A stretch of 64,000 nt of DNA from Candidatus Subterrananammoxibius californiae (GCA_030586555.1 JAURAC010000001.1:64001-128000); one strand, 5' to 3'; counted from the first letter of the stretch, positions 1 through 9,255 are shown. Program-made: numbers and translations. The notes: generated by a model from the sequence alone, not told the origin.

Positions 1-134
1 AATACGGCTTCCTGTGTTATGTTTAAAAGAGGCGCAATCCGACTCTGTTTAGCTATTTCATGGGTTAGTACGCTTATTTCTTCAACCAGTCTATCCAGGT
101 TTACACCCTCTTTTGTAGAAGTATTTACCTTCAT
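1..134 (-). CDS. 5' part of a gene running off the window start (MKVNTSTKEGVNLDRLVEEISVLTHEIAKQSRIAPLLNITQEAV...), product unknown, possibly a regulator
   Basis: Open minus-strand frame from ATG at 134 to the window edge, read manually; divergent from proC. Confidence 0.5.
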   Translation of the reverse strand, partial: MKVNTSTKEGVNLDRLVEEISVLTHEIAKQSRIAPLLNITQEAV

Positions 135-286
135 ATTTGAAATTACCCGACAAAAAGGTTAACATTACTTGCATCATCTATTAATATTATACATAATATT
201 TGCAAGTTTGCAAGTATTCTCAGGGTTTGATAGTGTTAAGAAATTTGTATGAGGGTGAAAAGCAAGTTCCTCCGTGACAAATTCTC

Positions 287-315
287 TTGACTTTAATTTC
301 ACGTAAATTTAAAAT
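287..315 (+). promoter_or_regulatory. sigma70-type promoter for proC
   Basis: TTGACT-17 bp-TAAAAT upstream of proC. Confidence 0.55.
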
Positions 316-338
316 CCACTTATCTTTTTGTAAAAAAG

Positions 339-397
339 GTAGGGGCAGGTCTTGTACCTGCCTTGGAATAGGGCAACCGTAAGGGTTGCCCTATTCC
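339..397. repeat. GTAG-type REP-like palindrome doublet
   Basis: GTAGGGGCAGGTCTTGTACCTGCC followed by a 14-bp stem GGAATAGGGCAACC/GGTTGCCCTATTCC; the first part recurs inverted at ~19237-19260. Confidence 0.8.
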
Positions 398-432
398 TTC
401 AAATATTTTTTCAAAAGGAAAAAGGATAATAC

Positions 433-1260
433 ATGCTAAAAGAAAGATTTGGTTTTATTGGGGGCGGAAAGATGGGCGAAGCCCTTGTAAAGGGGATACT
501 CAAGGCTAAACTGAGTTCGGCAGATAAAATCATTGTAGGCGACCCACTCAAGGAAAGGGTCTTGCTTCTTGAAAAGGAAACAGGCATTAAGACAACCCAG
601 AATAATAAGGAAATTGTACAAAATGCCGATTTGATTATACTTGCAGTTAAGCCAAACACGGTTGGAGGTGTACTTAAAGAACTCAAGGATAGTATTACAA
701 AGAAGCATCTAATTGTTTCGATAGCTGCGGGGATTCCTATTGCCTTTATCGAATCGTCTTTGAAACCCGGGTGTCGGGTCATCCGCGTTATGCCTAACAC
801 CCCATGCCTTGTAGGCGAAACAGCGGCAGGCTTTGCGCTTGGGACAAACGCAACGGAAGCCGATGGCAAGCTCGTGTCAACAATATTAAGCGCGGTAGGG
901 AAATGCTTCCTCCTCGATGAAAAACTTCTTGATACGGTAACAGGTCTAAGCGGAAGCGGTCCTGCATTTGTTTATATGGTCATAGAAGCCCTGTCAGACG
1001 GTGGTGTAAAGATGGGGCTTACTCGTGATGTGGCAACGAAGCTTGCAGCGCAAACCGTATTAGGTTCGGCAAAGATGGTACTGGAGTCAGGCATTCATAT
1101 TGGCGAGCTAAAGGATTTTGTTACCTCGCCCGGCGGCACAACGATTGAAGGCATCCATGCCCTCGAAAAGGGCGGTCTAAGGACAGCGCTTATAGACGCG
1201 GTTGAAGCGGCAACGTTGAAATCCAGGAAACTCGGAGAGGCTTTTTCAAAAAAAGCATAA
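433..1260 (+). CDS. proC: Pyrroline-5-carboxylate reductase
   Basis: GFIGGGKMG Rossmann motif, RVMPNTP, GLSGSGPA, VTSPGGTT motifs. Confidence 0.97.
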   Translation: MLKERFGFIGGGKMGEALVKGILKAKLSSADKIIVGDPLKERVLLLEKETGIKTTQNNKEIVQNADLIILAVKPNTVGGVLKELKDSITKKHLIVSIAAGIPIAFIESSLKPGCRVIRVMPNTPCLVGETAAGFALGTNATEADGKLVSTILSAVGKCFLLDEKLLDTVTGLSGSGPAFVYMVIEALSDGGVKMGLTRDVATKLAAQTVLGSAKMVLESGIHIGELKDFVTSPGGTTIEGIHALEKGGLRTALIDAVEAATLKSRKLGEAFSKKA

Positions 1261-1261
1261 G

Positions 1262-1600
1262 ATGAAAACAAAAAAACTTACAGAGAAAGTAATACTTGAT
1301 ACGCTAACAGAGCAAAAAGAAATATTGAAAAAGTACGGTGTCAAAAGAATAGGATTGTTCGGTTCCTTTGTTAGAGGAGAGCAAAAAGAATATAGCGACA
1401 TAGATTTTCTCGTTGAGTTTGAAAAGCCCAGTTTTGATAATTTTATGGATTTAGCCTTTTATCTTGAAGACTTGTTCGGCAGAAAAGTGAAACTTATAAC
1501 AAATGGCAGTTTAAGCCCTTACATTCAACCTTACGTAGAAAAAGAAATAAAGTGGTATGAAACAGAAGATAGAAGGCTAAGGGTTAAGGGTTCACTATGA
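1262..1600 (+). CDS. Minimal nucleotidyltransferase (MNT-type antitoxin); no HEPN partner follows
   Basis: GLFGSFVRGEQ..SDIDFLV motif; C-terminus runs into AGGGTTA-type heptamers. Confidence 0.85.
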   Translation: MKTKKLTEKVILDTLTEQKEILKKYGVKRIGLFGSFVRGEQKEYSDIDFLVEFEKPSFDNFMDLAFYLEDLFGRKVKLITNGSLSPYIQPYVEKEIKWYETEDRRLRVKGSL

Positions 1601-1622
1601 TGAAATTGACACCCTATATTAA

Positions 1623-1811
1623 ATGGAAATACGTATAGAAAATCATACTTTAGAGCAAGCCAAAGAACGCAGAGCCAACGTCATTGCGAGGGGTGGTAGC
1701 CCCGTGGCAATCTCATTGAGATTGCTTCGCTATGCTCGCAATGACAGGAAGGGGGCTGATGTAATTATTACCGTTGCCGTATATGCCTATTACGGCATGT
1801 GGGAGAAATAA
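1623..1811 (+). pseudogene. DUF4258-like toxin remnant whose middle is replaced in frame by a palindromic repeat
   Basis: N-terminus MEIRIENHTLEQAKERR and C-terminus VIITVAVYAYYG resemble DUF4258 ends; 1680-1745 is a repeat element; DUF2283-like gene follows. Confidence 0.55.
1680..1745. repeat. GTCATTGCGAG...CTCGCAATGAC palindromic repeat (full copy)
   Basis: 11-bp terminal inverted repeat; half copies at 4990-5019 and 35233-35261, variant at 3462-3491. Confidence 0.85.
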
Positions 1812-1813
1812 CA

Positions 1814-2017
1814 ATGAAGATTACCTATGACTCAAAGAACGATTTACTTTATATCCGTATAGATCCCCGCAAACAGCAATTGGAAAACATACGGGTAAAA
1901 GAAAATATTGTTTTAGACATTGGAGAGGATGATAAACTGGTAGGGATAGAAATATTGGACGCATCCAAAACATTAGATTTGTCACAAATACTGCCTGCTA
2001 CGGTGGAAACTTTTTAA
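1814..2017 (+). CDS. DUF2283-like small protein (predicted antitoxin)
   Basis: MKITYD...DLLYI...LDI.E...VGIEILDAS signature. Confidence 0.8.
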   Translation: MKITYDSKNDLLYIRIDPRKQQLENIRVKENIVLDIGEDDKLVGIEILDASKTLDLSQILPATVETF

Positions 2018-2028
2018 GAGGTTGATTT

Positions 2029-2340
2029 CTGGCTGAAAAAGAGTATTTAATACCATATAGCGCTGACTCAAGAAAAAGGCATTATCATAAGACGGTTGCA
2101 GGAAAAGTTGTTTCCTATACGGTCCAATTTGAGGTTAAAATAAAGGAAGAATGAAAGCCTGTTATTAGGTACGATTGTTCTCACAATTACGCTCATTGTG
2201 ATAGATACAATCTCTATGGAGAACAAAAGAAAGAGGCTTTACCTTTATCTTATTCAGAGGCGTTAACATTCGGAGATAAAGACGTAAAGAAAAACTGGAG
2301 AGTTTATAGAGAACGATTTCTGAAAGGTGAATACCCATGA
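2029..2340 (+). pseudogene. Small toxin-like gene upstream of DUF5647, interrupted by an in-frame TGA (2152-2154)
   Basis: Manual translation LAEKEYL...VQFEVKIKEE*KPVIRYDCSHNYAHCDRY...NWRVYRERFLKGEYP; GAGG RBS before a CTG start; stop overlaps next ATG (ATGA). Confidence 0.7.
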
Positions 2341-2600
2341 ATATTATGGAAGATAAAAATGCCGAGATGATTTATGAATTCGATATGTACGTACTGGAGC
2401 ATCCAGAATTCGCCGAAAATATTCCTCAAGGGGCTATTGTTGCTTTGCAGATAGATGGGGATGAGGAATTTAACAGATGGAGTAAAAGGCTTGCAAAAAG
2501 CCAGGCAGAGAAAGGGCAGCCAATTGTCTATGTAAGGATAAAGAAGATAAAACCCCCTTGCTCAAGGATTGAAGTGGTTGAACTCGAAAGGGTAGCGTAG
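2337..2600 (+). CDS. DUF5647-like small protein (probable antitoxin partner)
   Basis: EFDMYVLEHPEFAENIPQGAIVALQ..DEEFN pattern; translationally coupled to the upstream pseudogene. Confidence 0.7.
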   Translation: MNIMEDKNAEMIYEFDMYVLEHPEFAENIPQGAIVALQIDGDEEFNRWSKRLAKSQAEKGQPIVYVRIKKIKPPCSRIEVVELERVA

Positions 2601-2701
2601 GAAAACAAAGGTTGCAATACTTTGCGAACTTTGCGAGAAAAAAATATTTCACGCCAAGACACAAAGAGCGCCAAGTTGGAAAGCAGAACAAGGAGCGGAA
2701 G

Positions 2702-2914
2702 ATGGAAAAGACTGCAGGATTAAGTGTTCACTATGATAAGGAAGTTGACGTGCTATATCTTGCAAGGGAAGGCAAAGAAGCCTCTACCGAGGAGGTTTAT
2801 CCTGGTATAAACCTTGAATTTGATGAGGAAGGGAATATTATCGGTATAGAAATACTTAACGCATCCTCAGTCCTGAAAGATACCATAGAACCCCTTCGAG
2901 AGAAGATTGCTTAG
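2702..2914 (+). CDS. Orphan DUF2283-like protein
   Basis: HYDKEVDVLYL...LEFDEEGNIIGIEILNAS; AGGAG RBS before ATG 2702. Confidence 0.8.
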   Translation: MEKTAGLSVHYDKEVDVLYLAREGKEASTEEVYPGINLEFDEEGNIIGIEILNASSVLKDTIEPLREKIA

Positions 2915-2947
2915 GCTCCAAGGCTAAAACAAAACGCTGAAATTCAG

Positions 2948-3226
2948 ATGATGACTAATGAAGGAATATCTGTTAAACTAACCAAGCATGCCAAGATTAA
3001 AATCGGTCAAAGAAATATTACTTTGGATGAGATAAAGAAGGTTATTTTAATGCCTGAATTGATGGAGCCAGATAAATTTGATAAGTCTTTAGTTCATTTT
3101 ATAGGTACAATTCAGAGGAAATTTTTAAGGGTAATAGGGAGATGGGAAAGTACACAGGATTTATTAGTGATAAGCGCCTTTTTTGATAAACGTTTAAAGA
3201 GGAAGAAAAAAGATGATAAAAATTAG
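2948..3226 (+). CDS. DUF4258-like toxin (apparently intact)
   Basis: LTKHAKIKIGQRNITLDEIKKVI...LRVIG...LLVISAFFD; overlaps the downstream DUF2283 gene. Confidence 0.75.
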   Translation: MMTNEGISVKLTKHAKIKIGQRNITLDEIKKVILMPELMEPDKFDKSLVHFIGTIQRKFLRVIGRWESTQDLLVISAFFDKRLKRKKKDDKN

Positions 3227-3413
3227 CTATGATAAAGAGGGCGATGTACTGGAAATAAGATTTTCTGAGAATGCTATTAATGATAGTGAATATGTTAAAG
3301 AGTCTGGCTTGGTTTTGGATTATGACAAAGGCGGTAACATAGTAGCGGTGGAGATTATTTCTTTCTCTAAAAGAGTGAGCAAAGAGGAAGCAATAGAGGC
3401 TGTTGTTATATGA
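3213..3413 (+). CDS. DUF2283-like protein
   Basis: KISYDKEGDVLEIRF...LDYDKGGNIVAVEII. Confidence 0.8.
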   Translation: MIKISYDKEGDVLEIRFSENAINDSEYVKESGLVLDYDKGGNIVAVEIISFSKRVSKEEAIEAVVI

Positions 3414-3433
3414 TAGGATAAACGGAGGATTTG

Positions 3434-4990
3434 ATGTCGCAAAAGACATCCAAAAAAGAAGGAGATTCTTCGGCTACGCCTCAGAATGACAAAGGTGAGG
3501 AGAGCCACCAAGAGAAAGAATCTATCCTGATTCAGGAAAGAAAGAAGAAGTTAGAAAAGATAAGGGAATTAGGTTATAACCCTTATCCCTACGAATATAA
3601 AAGAACACACACGATTGAGCAGGTTATATCCAATAAGGATACTCTGGTAAACTCTAAGGATGAGGTATCTCTTGCAGGAAGGCTCTTTGCAGTGAGGAGT
3701 CATGGCAAGAGCACCTTTGCCGATTTGTATGAGGCAGGGAAGAAGATACAGTTGTACTTTAAAAAGGACATCTTAAACGAAAAGTACGAACTTGCAAAAT
3801 TACTGGATATTGGCGATATTATTGGCGCAAGGGGAACGTTGACGCTCACCCATACAGGTGAGCTAACCCTCGTTACAAATGACCTTGACATTCTTTCAAA
3901 ATCCGTAAAACCCGTTCCTGTGGGCAAGATTGAATTTAAGGAAGGGGAAAGACATGCCCATGTAGAACTATCCGATACGGAGATTAGATACAGGCAGAGA
4001 AGCCTCGATTTACTTTTAAATCCCACCTCTTTTGAGGTCTTCAAGACAAGGACAAAGATTTTAAGGCTTATAAGAAAATTCATGGAGGATAAGGGGTTTA
4101 TAGAGGTTGAGACACCAACTCTTCAAACCATCTACGGCGGTGCAGCGGCGAGACCTTTTCATACTCACTTGAATGCTCTGGCTATGGATATGTTTCTAAG
4201 AATCTCCCCTGAAATCCCTTTAAAAAAGATTATTATGGGCGGATTCGACAGGGTATTTGAGATTGCAAAGAATTTCAGAAACGAGGGGTTGGACAGGTCA
4301 CACAATCCCGAGTTTACCATGATGGAATGGTACGAGGCATACACCGACTATAACTATCAGATGAAGCAATACGAGGAACTCGTATGCTATTTAGTAAAGG
4401 AACTGCACGGCACGTTGACCATTGACTATCTTGGAACCAAACTTGACTTCACGCCACCATGGAAAAGGCTCACGATGATAGACGGTTTAAGAGAATACGC
4501 CAATATTGATGTTAATGCCCTTAAAGATGACGAAATAAAGAAGCTCCTCGAGATGCACAATATAGCCCTAAAAGGCGATTATAAATGGGGCAAGGCTGTA
4601 AATGCCCTTTTCGAGACCCTCGTCATGGATAAGCTAATACAGCCCACGTTCATTGTAGATTATCCACTTGAGACAAGCCCCTTAACAAAGATTCACAGAA
4701 ATGACAAGAGGCTTATCGAACGCTTTGAGGTTGCTATATGCAGGATGGAGGTTGGAAACGCATACAGCGAATTAAACGACCCGCAGGAACAGTTAGAACG
4801 GCTCCAAGCCCAGCAGGAAGAAAAAGAGGATGAGGTTTTTCCTATGGATGCGGACTTCGTACATGCTATGGAGTGCGGCATGCCGCCGTGCGGTGGTGTA
4901 GGATTAGGAATAGACAGGATTGTGATGCTGCTAACAAACTCCCCCTCAATTAGAGACGTTATTTTATTTCCAATCATGAAACCGATATAA
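3434..4990 (+). CDS. lysS: Lysyl-tRNA synthetase, class II
   Basis: OB-fold anticodon domain, YGGAAARPF, FRNEG..HNPEFTMME, GLGIDR motifs; GGAGG RBS before ATG 3434. Confidence 0.97.
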   Translation: MSQKTSKKEGDSSATPQNDKGEESHQEKESILIQERKKKLEKIRELGYNPYPYEYKRTHTIEQVISNKDTLVNSKDEVSLAGRLFAVRSHGKSTFADLYEAGKKIQLYFKKDILNEKYELAKLLDIGDIIGARGTLTLTHTGELTLVTNDLDILSKSVKPVPVGKIEFKEGERHAHVELSDTEIRYRQRSLDLLLNPTSFEVFKTRTKILRLIRKFMEDKGFIEVETPTLQTIYGGAAARPFHTHLNALAMDMFLRISPEIPLKKIIMGGFDRVFEIAKNFRNEGLDRSHNPEFTMMEWYEAYTDYNYQMKQYEELVCYLVKELHGTLTIDYLGTKLDFTPPWKRLTMIDGLREYANIDVNALKDDEIKKLLEMHNIALKGDYKWGKAVNALFETLVMDKLIQPTFIVDYPLETSPLTKIHRNDKRLIERFEVAICRMEVGNAYSELNDPQEQLERLQAQQEEKEDEVFPMDADFVHAMECGMPPCGGVGLGIDRIVMLLTNSPSIRDVILFPIMKPI

Positions 4991-5019
4991 GATTGCTTCG
5001 CCTTTGGCTCGCAATGACA
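4990..5019. repeat. Half copy of the GATTGCTTCG...CTCGCAATGACA repeat
   Basis: Near-identical to the 3' half of 1680-1745 and to 35233-35261. Confidence 0.8.
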
Positions 5020-5037
5020 GCTTTGGAGTATTCTAAA

Positions 5038-6537
5038 GTGGCAAAAGAAAAAACTGTAAAGATTGGCTTATTAGGTTCAGGTACAATAGGGACAGGGGTT
5101 CAGGATATAATACTTAAAGACTCCAGTTCATTATACAAGAAACTTGGTTATAGGCTTAGTATAGAGAAGATTTACACCGAGTTGCCCAAAGAAAGAAAAT
5201 GGTATTCTAAGTATCCGGAAAAATTCACGGAAAAACCTGAAGATGTACTAAATGCCGATGTTGACATCATTGTTGAGGTGTTAGGGCTTAGAGAGCCAGA
5301 AAAAGATGCCCCATTGGTAAAGTCCCTCATTCTGAAAGCCCTTGAAAATGGAAAATCGGTCGTTACAGCCAATAAGGCTGTACTTGCACGATACGGTAGG
5401 GAAATACATGAAAAAGCTAAAGAGCGTGGCGTGCAGGTCAGATACGAGGCTTCTGTGGCAGGCGGCATTCCCATCATCAGGGCATTAGGAGAAGGACTCA
5501 TTTCCGATAAGATTACCAGTATATACGGCATCCTGAATGGCACATGCAATTACATCCTTTCTGGCATGAACAAAAACAAGACCTACAGAGAGGCGCTTGA
5601 AGAGGCACAGAAGAAGGGCTACGCCGAGACAAACCCAGATGCTGACGTGAAGGGGTACGATACAAGGGATAAGGTTATCGTCCTGTTGCAACTCGTCTAT
5701 GGATTATTTCCCTCAAAAAGTGAAATCCTAACCGAAGGAATTGACATGTTAGAAAGGATTGACTTTAGTTATGCAAAGGAAAAGCTAAGATATCCCGGCA
5801 ACATCAAACTGTTAGGTTTTATTGAGAATAATAATAGAGAAATTTCTGCAAGGATTTCACCTGCAATCATTAGGGAGACACACATCCTTTCGAGGGTAAA
5901 TGGTTCTTATAATGCAATCTTCGTAGAAAGTGAATATTGTGAGAAGGCATGTTACATGGGACGGGGCGCCGGTGCGCATCCCACCGCAAATTCCATAATC
6001 TCTGATATAATATCCATTGCGGATGGCAAAAAGCATGTAGGGGCAGGTTTAAAACCTGCCCCTACCTCGCTCTATATGTTGCGTCGGGATGTTAACGGCA
6101 AACACAGGCACTACATAAGATTTCTTGTAAAAAACCAGGCGGGTATTGTAAGCAATATACTTGGAATACTTTTTAACTACGCCGAAAGAAAGAGGGAAGA
6201 AATCCATGTTGACGAGGTGCTTCAGATAGAGCACCCTAACGAGGAAAGAAGATACCTGAAAGAAGCCTATAAAAACAAATACGAAAAACTCTTAGTACAA
6301 TCCCCTCCACCCTCCCCTCCCCCTCATGGAGGGAGGGTTTGGGATGTGGTCAAAAAAAAGTATGATTCGTTAGCGAAATGCGATGTTAAGGACATATTAC
6401 CATTTGCAATTACCCTCGAGCCCTGCAAAACGGATATAATAAGAAATGCCATCGAAGAGATAAACAAGGAAGCTTATATCCTGACAGAACCGTTACTATT
6501 AAGGATGCTCTGGGACTTACCAGATTTGCAGGATTAA
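5038..6537 (+). CDS. hom: Homoserine dehydrogenase with extended ACT-like C-terminus and two in-frame repeat insertions
   Basis: GLLGSGTIG, VVTANKA, YEASVAGGIP, ILNGTCNYIL, GYAETNPDADV, GRGAG motifs; GTG start after GGAG. Confidence 0.92.
   Translation: MAKEKTVKIGLLGSGTIGTGVQDIILKDSSSLYKKLGYRLSIEKIYTELPKERKWYSKYPEKFTEKPEDVLNADVDIIVEVLGLREPEKDAPLVKSLILKALENGKSVVTANKAVLARYGREIHEKAKERGVQVRYEASVAGGIPIIRALGEGLISDKITSIYGILNGTCNYILSGMNKNKTYREALEEAQKKGYAETNPDADVKGYDTRDKVIVLLQLVYGLFPSKSEILTEGIDMLERIDFSYAKEKLRYPGNIKLLGFIENNNREISARISPAIIRETHILSRVNGSYNAIFVESEYCEKACYMGRGAGAHPTANSIISDIISIADGKKHVGAGLKPAPTSLYMLRRDVNGKHRHYIRFLVKNQAGIVSNILGILFNYAERKREEIHVDEVLQIEHPNEERRYLKEAYKNKYEKLLVQSPPPSPPPHGGRVWDVVKKKYDSLAKCDVKDILPFAITLEPCKTDIIRNAIEEINKEAYILTEPLLLRMLWDLPDLQD
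6037..6065. repeat. GTAG REP-like palindrome inside hom
   Basis: GTAGGGGCAGGTTTAAAACCTGCCCCTAC, identical to intergenic 47480-47508. Confidence 0.9.
6301..6344. repeat. C-rich/G-rich palindromic repeat inside hom
   Basis: Similar to intergenic 31365-31414; encodes SPPPSPPPHGGRVW. Confidence 0.75.
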
Positions 6538-6637
6538 AAATAGTAAAACATGCCATGCTAAACTCGTTTTCAGCATATGTAGACCCCTAAACAAGTTCAG
6601 GATGACATTACTTTTTCAATGACCTCTCAAATGATGG

Positions 6638-6666
6638 TTGACTTTTAATTTGTCTCTTGATATGAT
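6638..6666 (+). promoter_or_regulatory. sigma70-type promoter for polyprenyl synthetase
   Basis: TTGACT-17 bp-TATGAT with extended -10 TG. Confidence 0.55.
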
Positions 6667-6723
6667 TATGCGGATTTTCAAAGAAGTAAGCGGTTCCGCT
6701 GTTAGCAAGGCAGGGTATGTGCC

Positions 6724-7695
6724 ATGGAAATAGCTAAATTATTGAAACCAATTGAAGAACCACTGATAGAAGTGGAAGAACGCATCCGTCGAGACCTTTT
6801 CTCCGAGGCAAGGGAGATGGGGGAATTAATTCTCCATGTGAGCAGGTTCAAGGGGAAAAGGTTGCGGCCCGCACTTTTGCTGCTGTCTGGGTCATGCTCA
6901 GGGAAATTAACCCCACAGCATATTGATTTAGCAACGGTGGTAGAGTTGATTCATATTGCAACGTTGATTCACGACGATGTAATTGATGACGCCACGATGC
7001 GCCGTCATGCACCCAGCGTGAACTCAAAATGGGGCAGGGAAATATCCATTCTCTTCGGAGATTACATTTTTTCAAGAGCGTTTACAATTCTTTCTTCCCT
7101 TGACTCGCATCTGGCTTCAACAATGCTATCCCAGACCGTGAACGTCATGTGCGAAGGGGAATTGGTACAGCTTCTTCGTCGTTATGACGCAGAGTTGAGC
7201 GAAGAAGAATATATTGATATCATCGAGCGGAAAACAGCTTCGCTATGCGCAAGCAGTTGCCGGCTCGGTTCCATCTTTGCTGGGGTGAATCGTTCCATTT
7301 CCGAGGCGTTAGGAGTTTTTGGATTGAGGGTTGGCACGGCATTTCAAATCGTTGACGATTGTCTCGACATTATCGGAAGCGAAAACAAGATGGGCAAGTC
7401 GTTATACTCCGACTCGAAGAACGGCAAACTCACACTCCCGCTTATAAGGCTTGTAAGCCTGCTCCCAGAAAACAGACGGGAGAACGCCTGCGAATTAATA
7501 TTTCAGAGTAACTTTACGAACACTCGAGGGGCTGTTGTCGAATTGCTTTCTGAGCATGACGCCATAGAGTATGCCCTTGAAGCTGCAAGACAAACAATTA
7601 AAAAGGGGAAGGAGACAATTTCCTTAATTCCCGAATCTGAGTACAAAACAGCGCTTTTGGGGATGGCGGATTACGTCGTAAGTCGAAAGGAGTAA
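6724..7695 (+). CDS. Long-chain polyprenyl diphosphate synthase (IspB/HepT family)
   Basis: GKRLRP, first aspartate-rich motif HDDVID..RR, second motif FQIVDDCLD. Confidence 0.92.
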   Translation: MEIAKLLKPIEEPLIEVEERIRRDLFSEAREMGELILHVSRFKGKRLRPALLLLSGSCSGKLTPQHIDLATVVELIHIATLIHDDVIDDATMRRHAPSVNSKWGREISILFGDYIFSRAFTILSSLDSHLASTMLSQTVNVMCEGELVQLLRRYDAELSEEEYIDIIERKTASLCASSCRLGSIFAGVNRSISEALGVFGLRVGTAFQIVDDCLDIIGSENKMGKSLYSDSKNGKLTLPLIRLVSLLPENRRENACELIFQSNFTNTRGAVVELLSEHDAIEYALEAARQTIKKGKETISLIPESEYKTALLGMADYVVSRKE

Positions 7696-7764
7696 GGGAC
7701 GGTCGCAACCTTTCTCCGTGCCGTTCCAACTTTTTCTACCCAACAAAGGGAATAGCCAATAGTT

Positions 7765-7825
7765 GGTAGACAACGAACTTTACGTTCGTTGAAGTAATCA
7801 ACGAGGTATATCCTCGTTGTCTACC
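7765..7825. repeat. GGTAGACAACG...CGTTGTCTACC branched palindromic repeat, copy 1
   Basis: 11-bp terminal IR enclosing two hairpins; other copies at 19892, 43743 and 48052. Confidence 0.9.
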
Positions 7826-7844
7826 ACTTAATGTTGGAACGGCA

Positions 7845-8597
7845 CTAAGGTACTTGTTTCTGTCCAGCAAGTCCTGCAAAGCTCGTTTGAGAGAGGCTTT
7901 TCCCCCCTCCAATAGCATATATCTTGCCATCGGTTGAGCCAAGGTAGATAGTTCCATCCGCCCCAATAGCAGGGGTAGAAATTATTTTACTATCCGCCTT
8001 AAGTGTCCATTTAACCGTTCCATCAGGGTTCAGCGCATAGAATGTCCCATCATAAGAGCCAAAATAGACCGTTCCATCTGCCCCTATAACAGAACAAGAA
8101 ATAATCTTATCGTTTGCTAAGAATTTCCACTTAAGGGCGCCGTCAGGCTTTATTGCGTAAAAATAGTAATCATAGGAACCGATGTAGATAGTGCCGTCTG
8201 TGCTTATGCTTGGGGACGAGATAATTTTTTTTCCCGTTTGATAACTCCATTTAAGACTGCCATCGCTACTTATGGCGTAAAGCTTTCCATCGTGTGCACC
8301 AATGTATATGGTGCCGTCAGCCCCCAAGGCGGGAGATGACCATATTGTATCCTCCGCTTGAAACTTCCAACAAACCTCATTGGTTTGCGATGCCTTGACG
8401 GGGCTGCATCCTGAGTGCTGTAAATCGTGGAGGCCTGTTGGCCAGGGTGTTTCAGCCAACTGGGCAAGACAGTCCTTCACTAAGCAAACAGAAAATGCGC
8501 ATACCACAAACATCCATATCAATACACAAGCCGTAAACAAAGGTAACGTACAAAATACAAAAGCATCAGATCTAACAGACATCCGCCTTCTTCTCAT
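7845..8597 (-). CDS. Exported PQQ-like/BamB-type beta-propeller repeat protein (short, about 4 blades)
   Basis: Repeated SSPA.G.DGTIY.GS.DG..YA...DG..KW units; hydrophobic N-terminus; GGAGG RBS. Confidence 0.85.
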   Translation of the reverse strand: MRRRRMSVRSDAFVFCTLPLFTACVLIWMFVVCAFSVCLVKDCLAQLAETPWPTGLHDLQHSGCSPVKASQTNEVCWKFQAEDTIWSSPALGADGTIYIGAHDGKLYAISSDGSLKWSYQTGKKIISSPSISTDGTIYIGSYDYYFYAIKPDGALKWKFLANDKIISCSVIGADGTVYFGSYDGTFYALNPDGTVKWTLKADSKIISTPAIGADGTIYLGSTDGKIYAIGGGKSLSQTSFAGLAGQKQVP

Positions 8598-8711
8598 CTG
8601 TTTATCCTCCCTTTGTAGATTCCTCCGTCCACCGTTTACAATGCCATTCCCCCATTATTGACCATGTATGTAAACAAGGTAGCCATCCCGCCCCATGAAA
8701 GGGACGCATCA

Positions 8712-9194
8712 TTACCTGGAGACCCATTCTGACCACGGTCCCCACTCGACGAACCTGGTCTTATCTGTAAGCCAGTATTCAAGGCCTTCCCGTGTGCGCG
8801 TGCAGGTAATTGCGCTTGATGTCCTTGTCTGCTTCTGGGTAACGGTCCTGTAATAGAAACATTCCACCTGATGGAAATTAATCTTATCCTTTTCTGCCGT
8901 TACAAGTTCTAAGTCCACAGGTTCCACTTGTCTCTTTTTAAGTTTTTCCTCTGGCACTGCGATTTCGTATGATAGGATTTCCTCAACCTTTACCGTAGTC
9001 ATCTTTGGGCTGTATTTTTCATCGGGAACTGGTGCGGTTGCCGGTGACACTGGTGCCGACGTGGTATGGAATCCCTGAAATTTTTTCTCTTCTTCCCCCG
9101 CAACAGAGCCCATTCTTAAAGTAAAGACTGAGAAACCAATGATTGCGCAGGACAAACCCAATGCTACACAATATTTACTGTACTTCCTTCTCAT
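8712..9194 (-). CDS. Hypothetical exported protein
   Basis: Signal-like N-terminus; strong GAGGAGG RBS. Confidence 0.7.
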   Translation of the reverse strand: MRRKYSKYCVALGLSCAIIGFSVFTLRMGSVAGEEEKKFQGFHTTSAPVSPATAPVPDEKYSPKMTTVKVEEILSYEIAVPEEKLKKRQVEPVDLELVTAEKDKINFHQVECFYYRTVTQKQTRTSSAITCTRTREGLEYWLTDKTRFVEWGPWSEWVSR

Positions 9195-9255
9195 TACAGC
9201 ACACCCTCCTCTTTAAAAACAAAAAACCATAAAATTCTACAAAATAAATGCTTTC

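Noticed and set aside
2152..2154. Selenocysteine or alternative genetic code
   Set aside because: TGA is a normal stop in many genes here, and the context suggests a Trp nonsense mutation.
1262..3413. Integron cassette array interpretation
   Set aside because: No integrase and no recognisable attC sites (RYYYAAC...GTTRRRY with internal symmetry) between the genes.
7736..7966. 76-aa minus-strand ORF
   Set aside because: It overlaps the propeller gene and its tail is the translated GGTAGACAACG repeat (STNVKFVVYQ).
8680..8710. GAAAGGGACGCA, reminiscent of a c-di-GMP-I riboswitch
   Set aside because: Wrong strand for the flanking genes, and the rest of the motif is missing.
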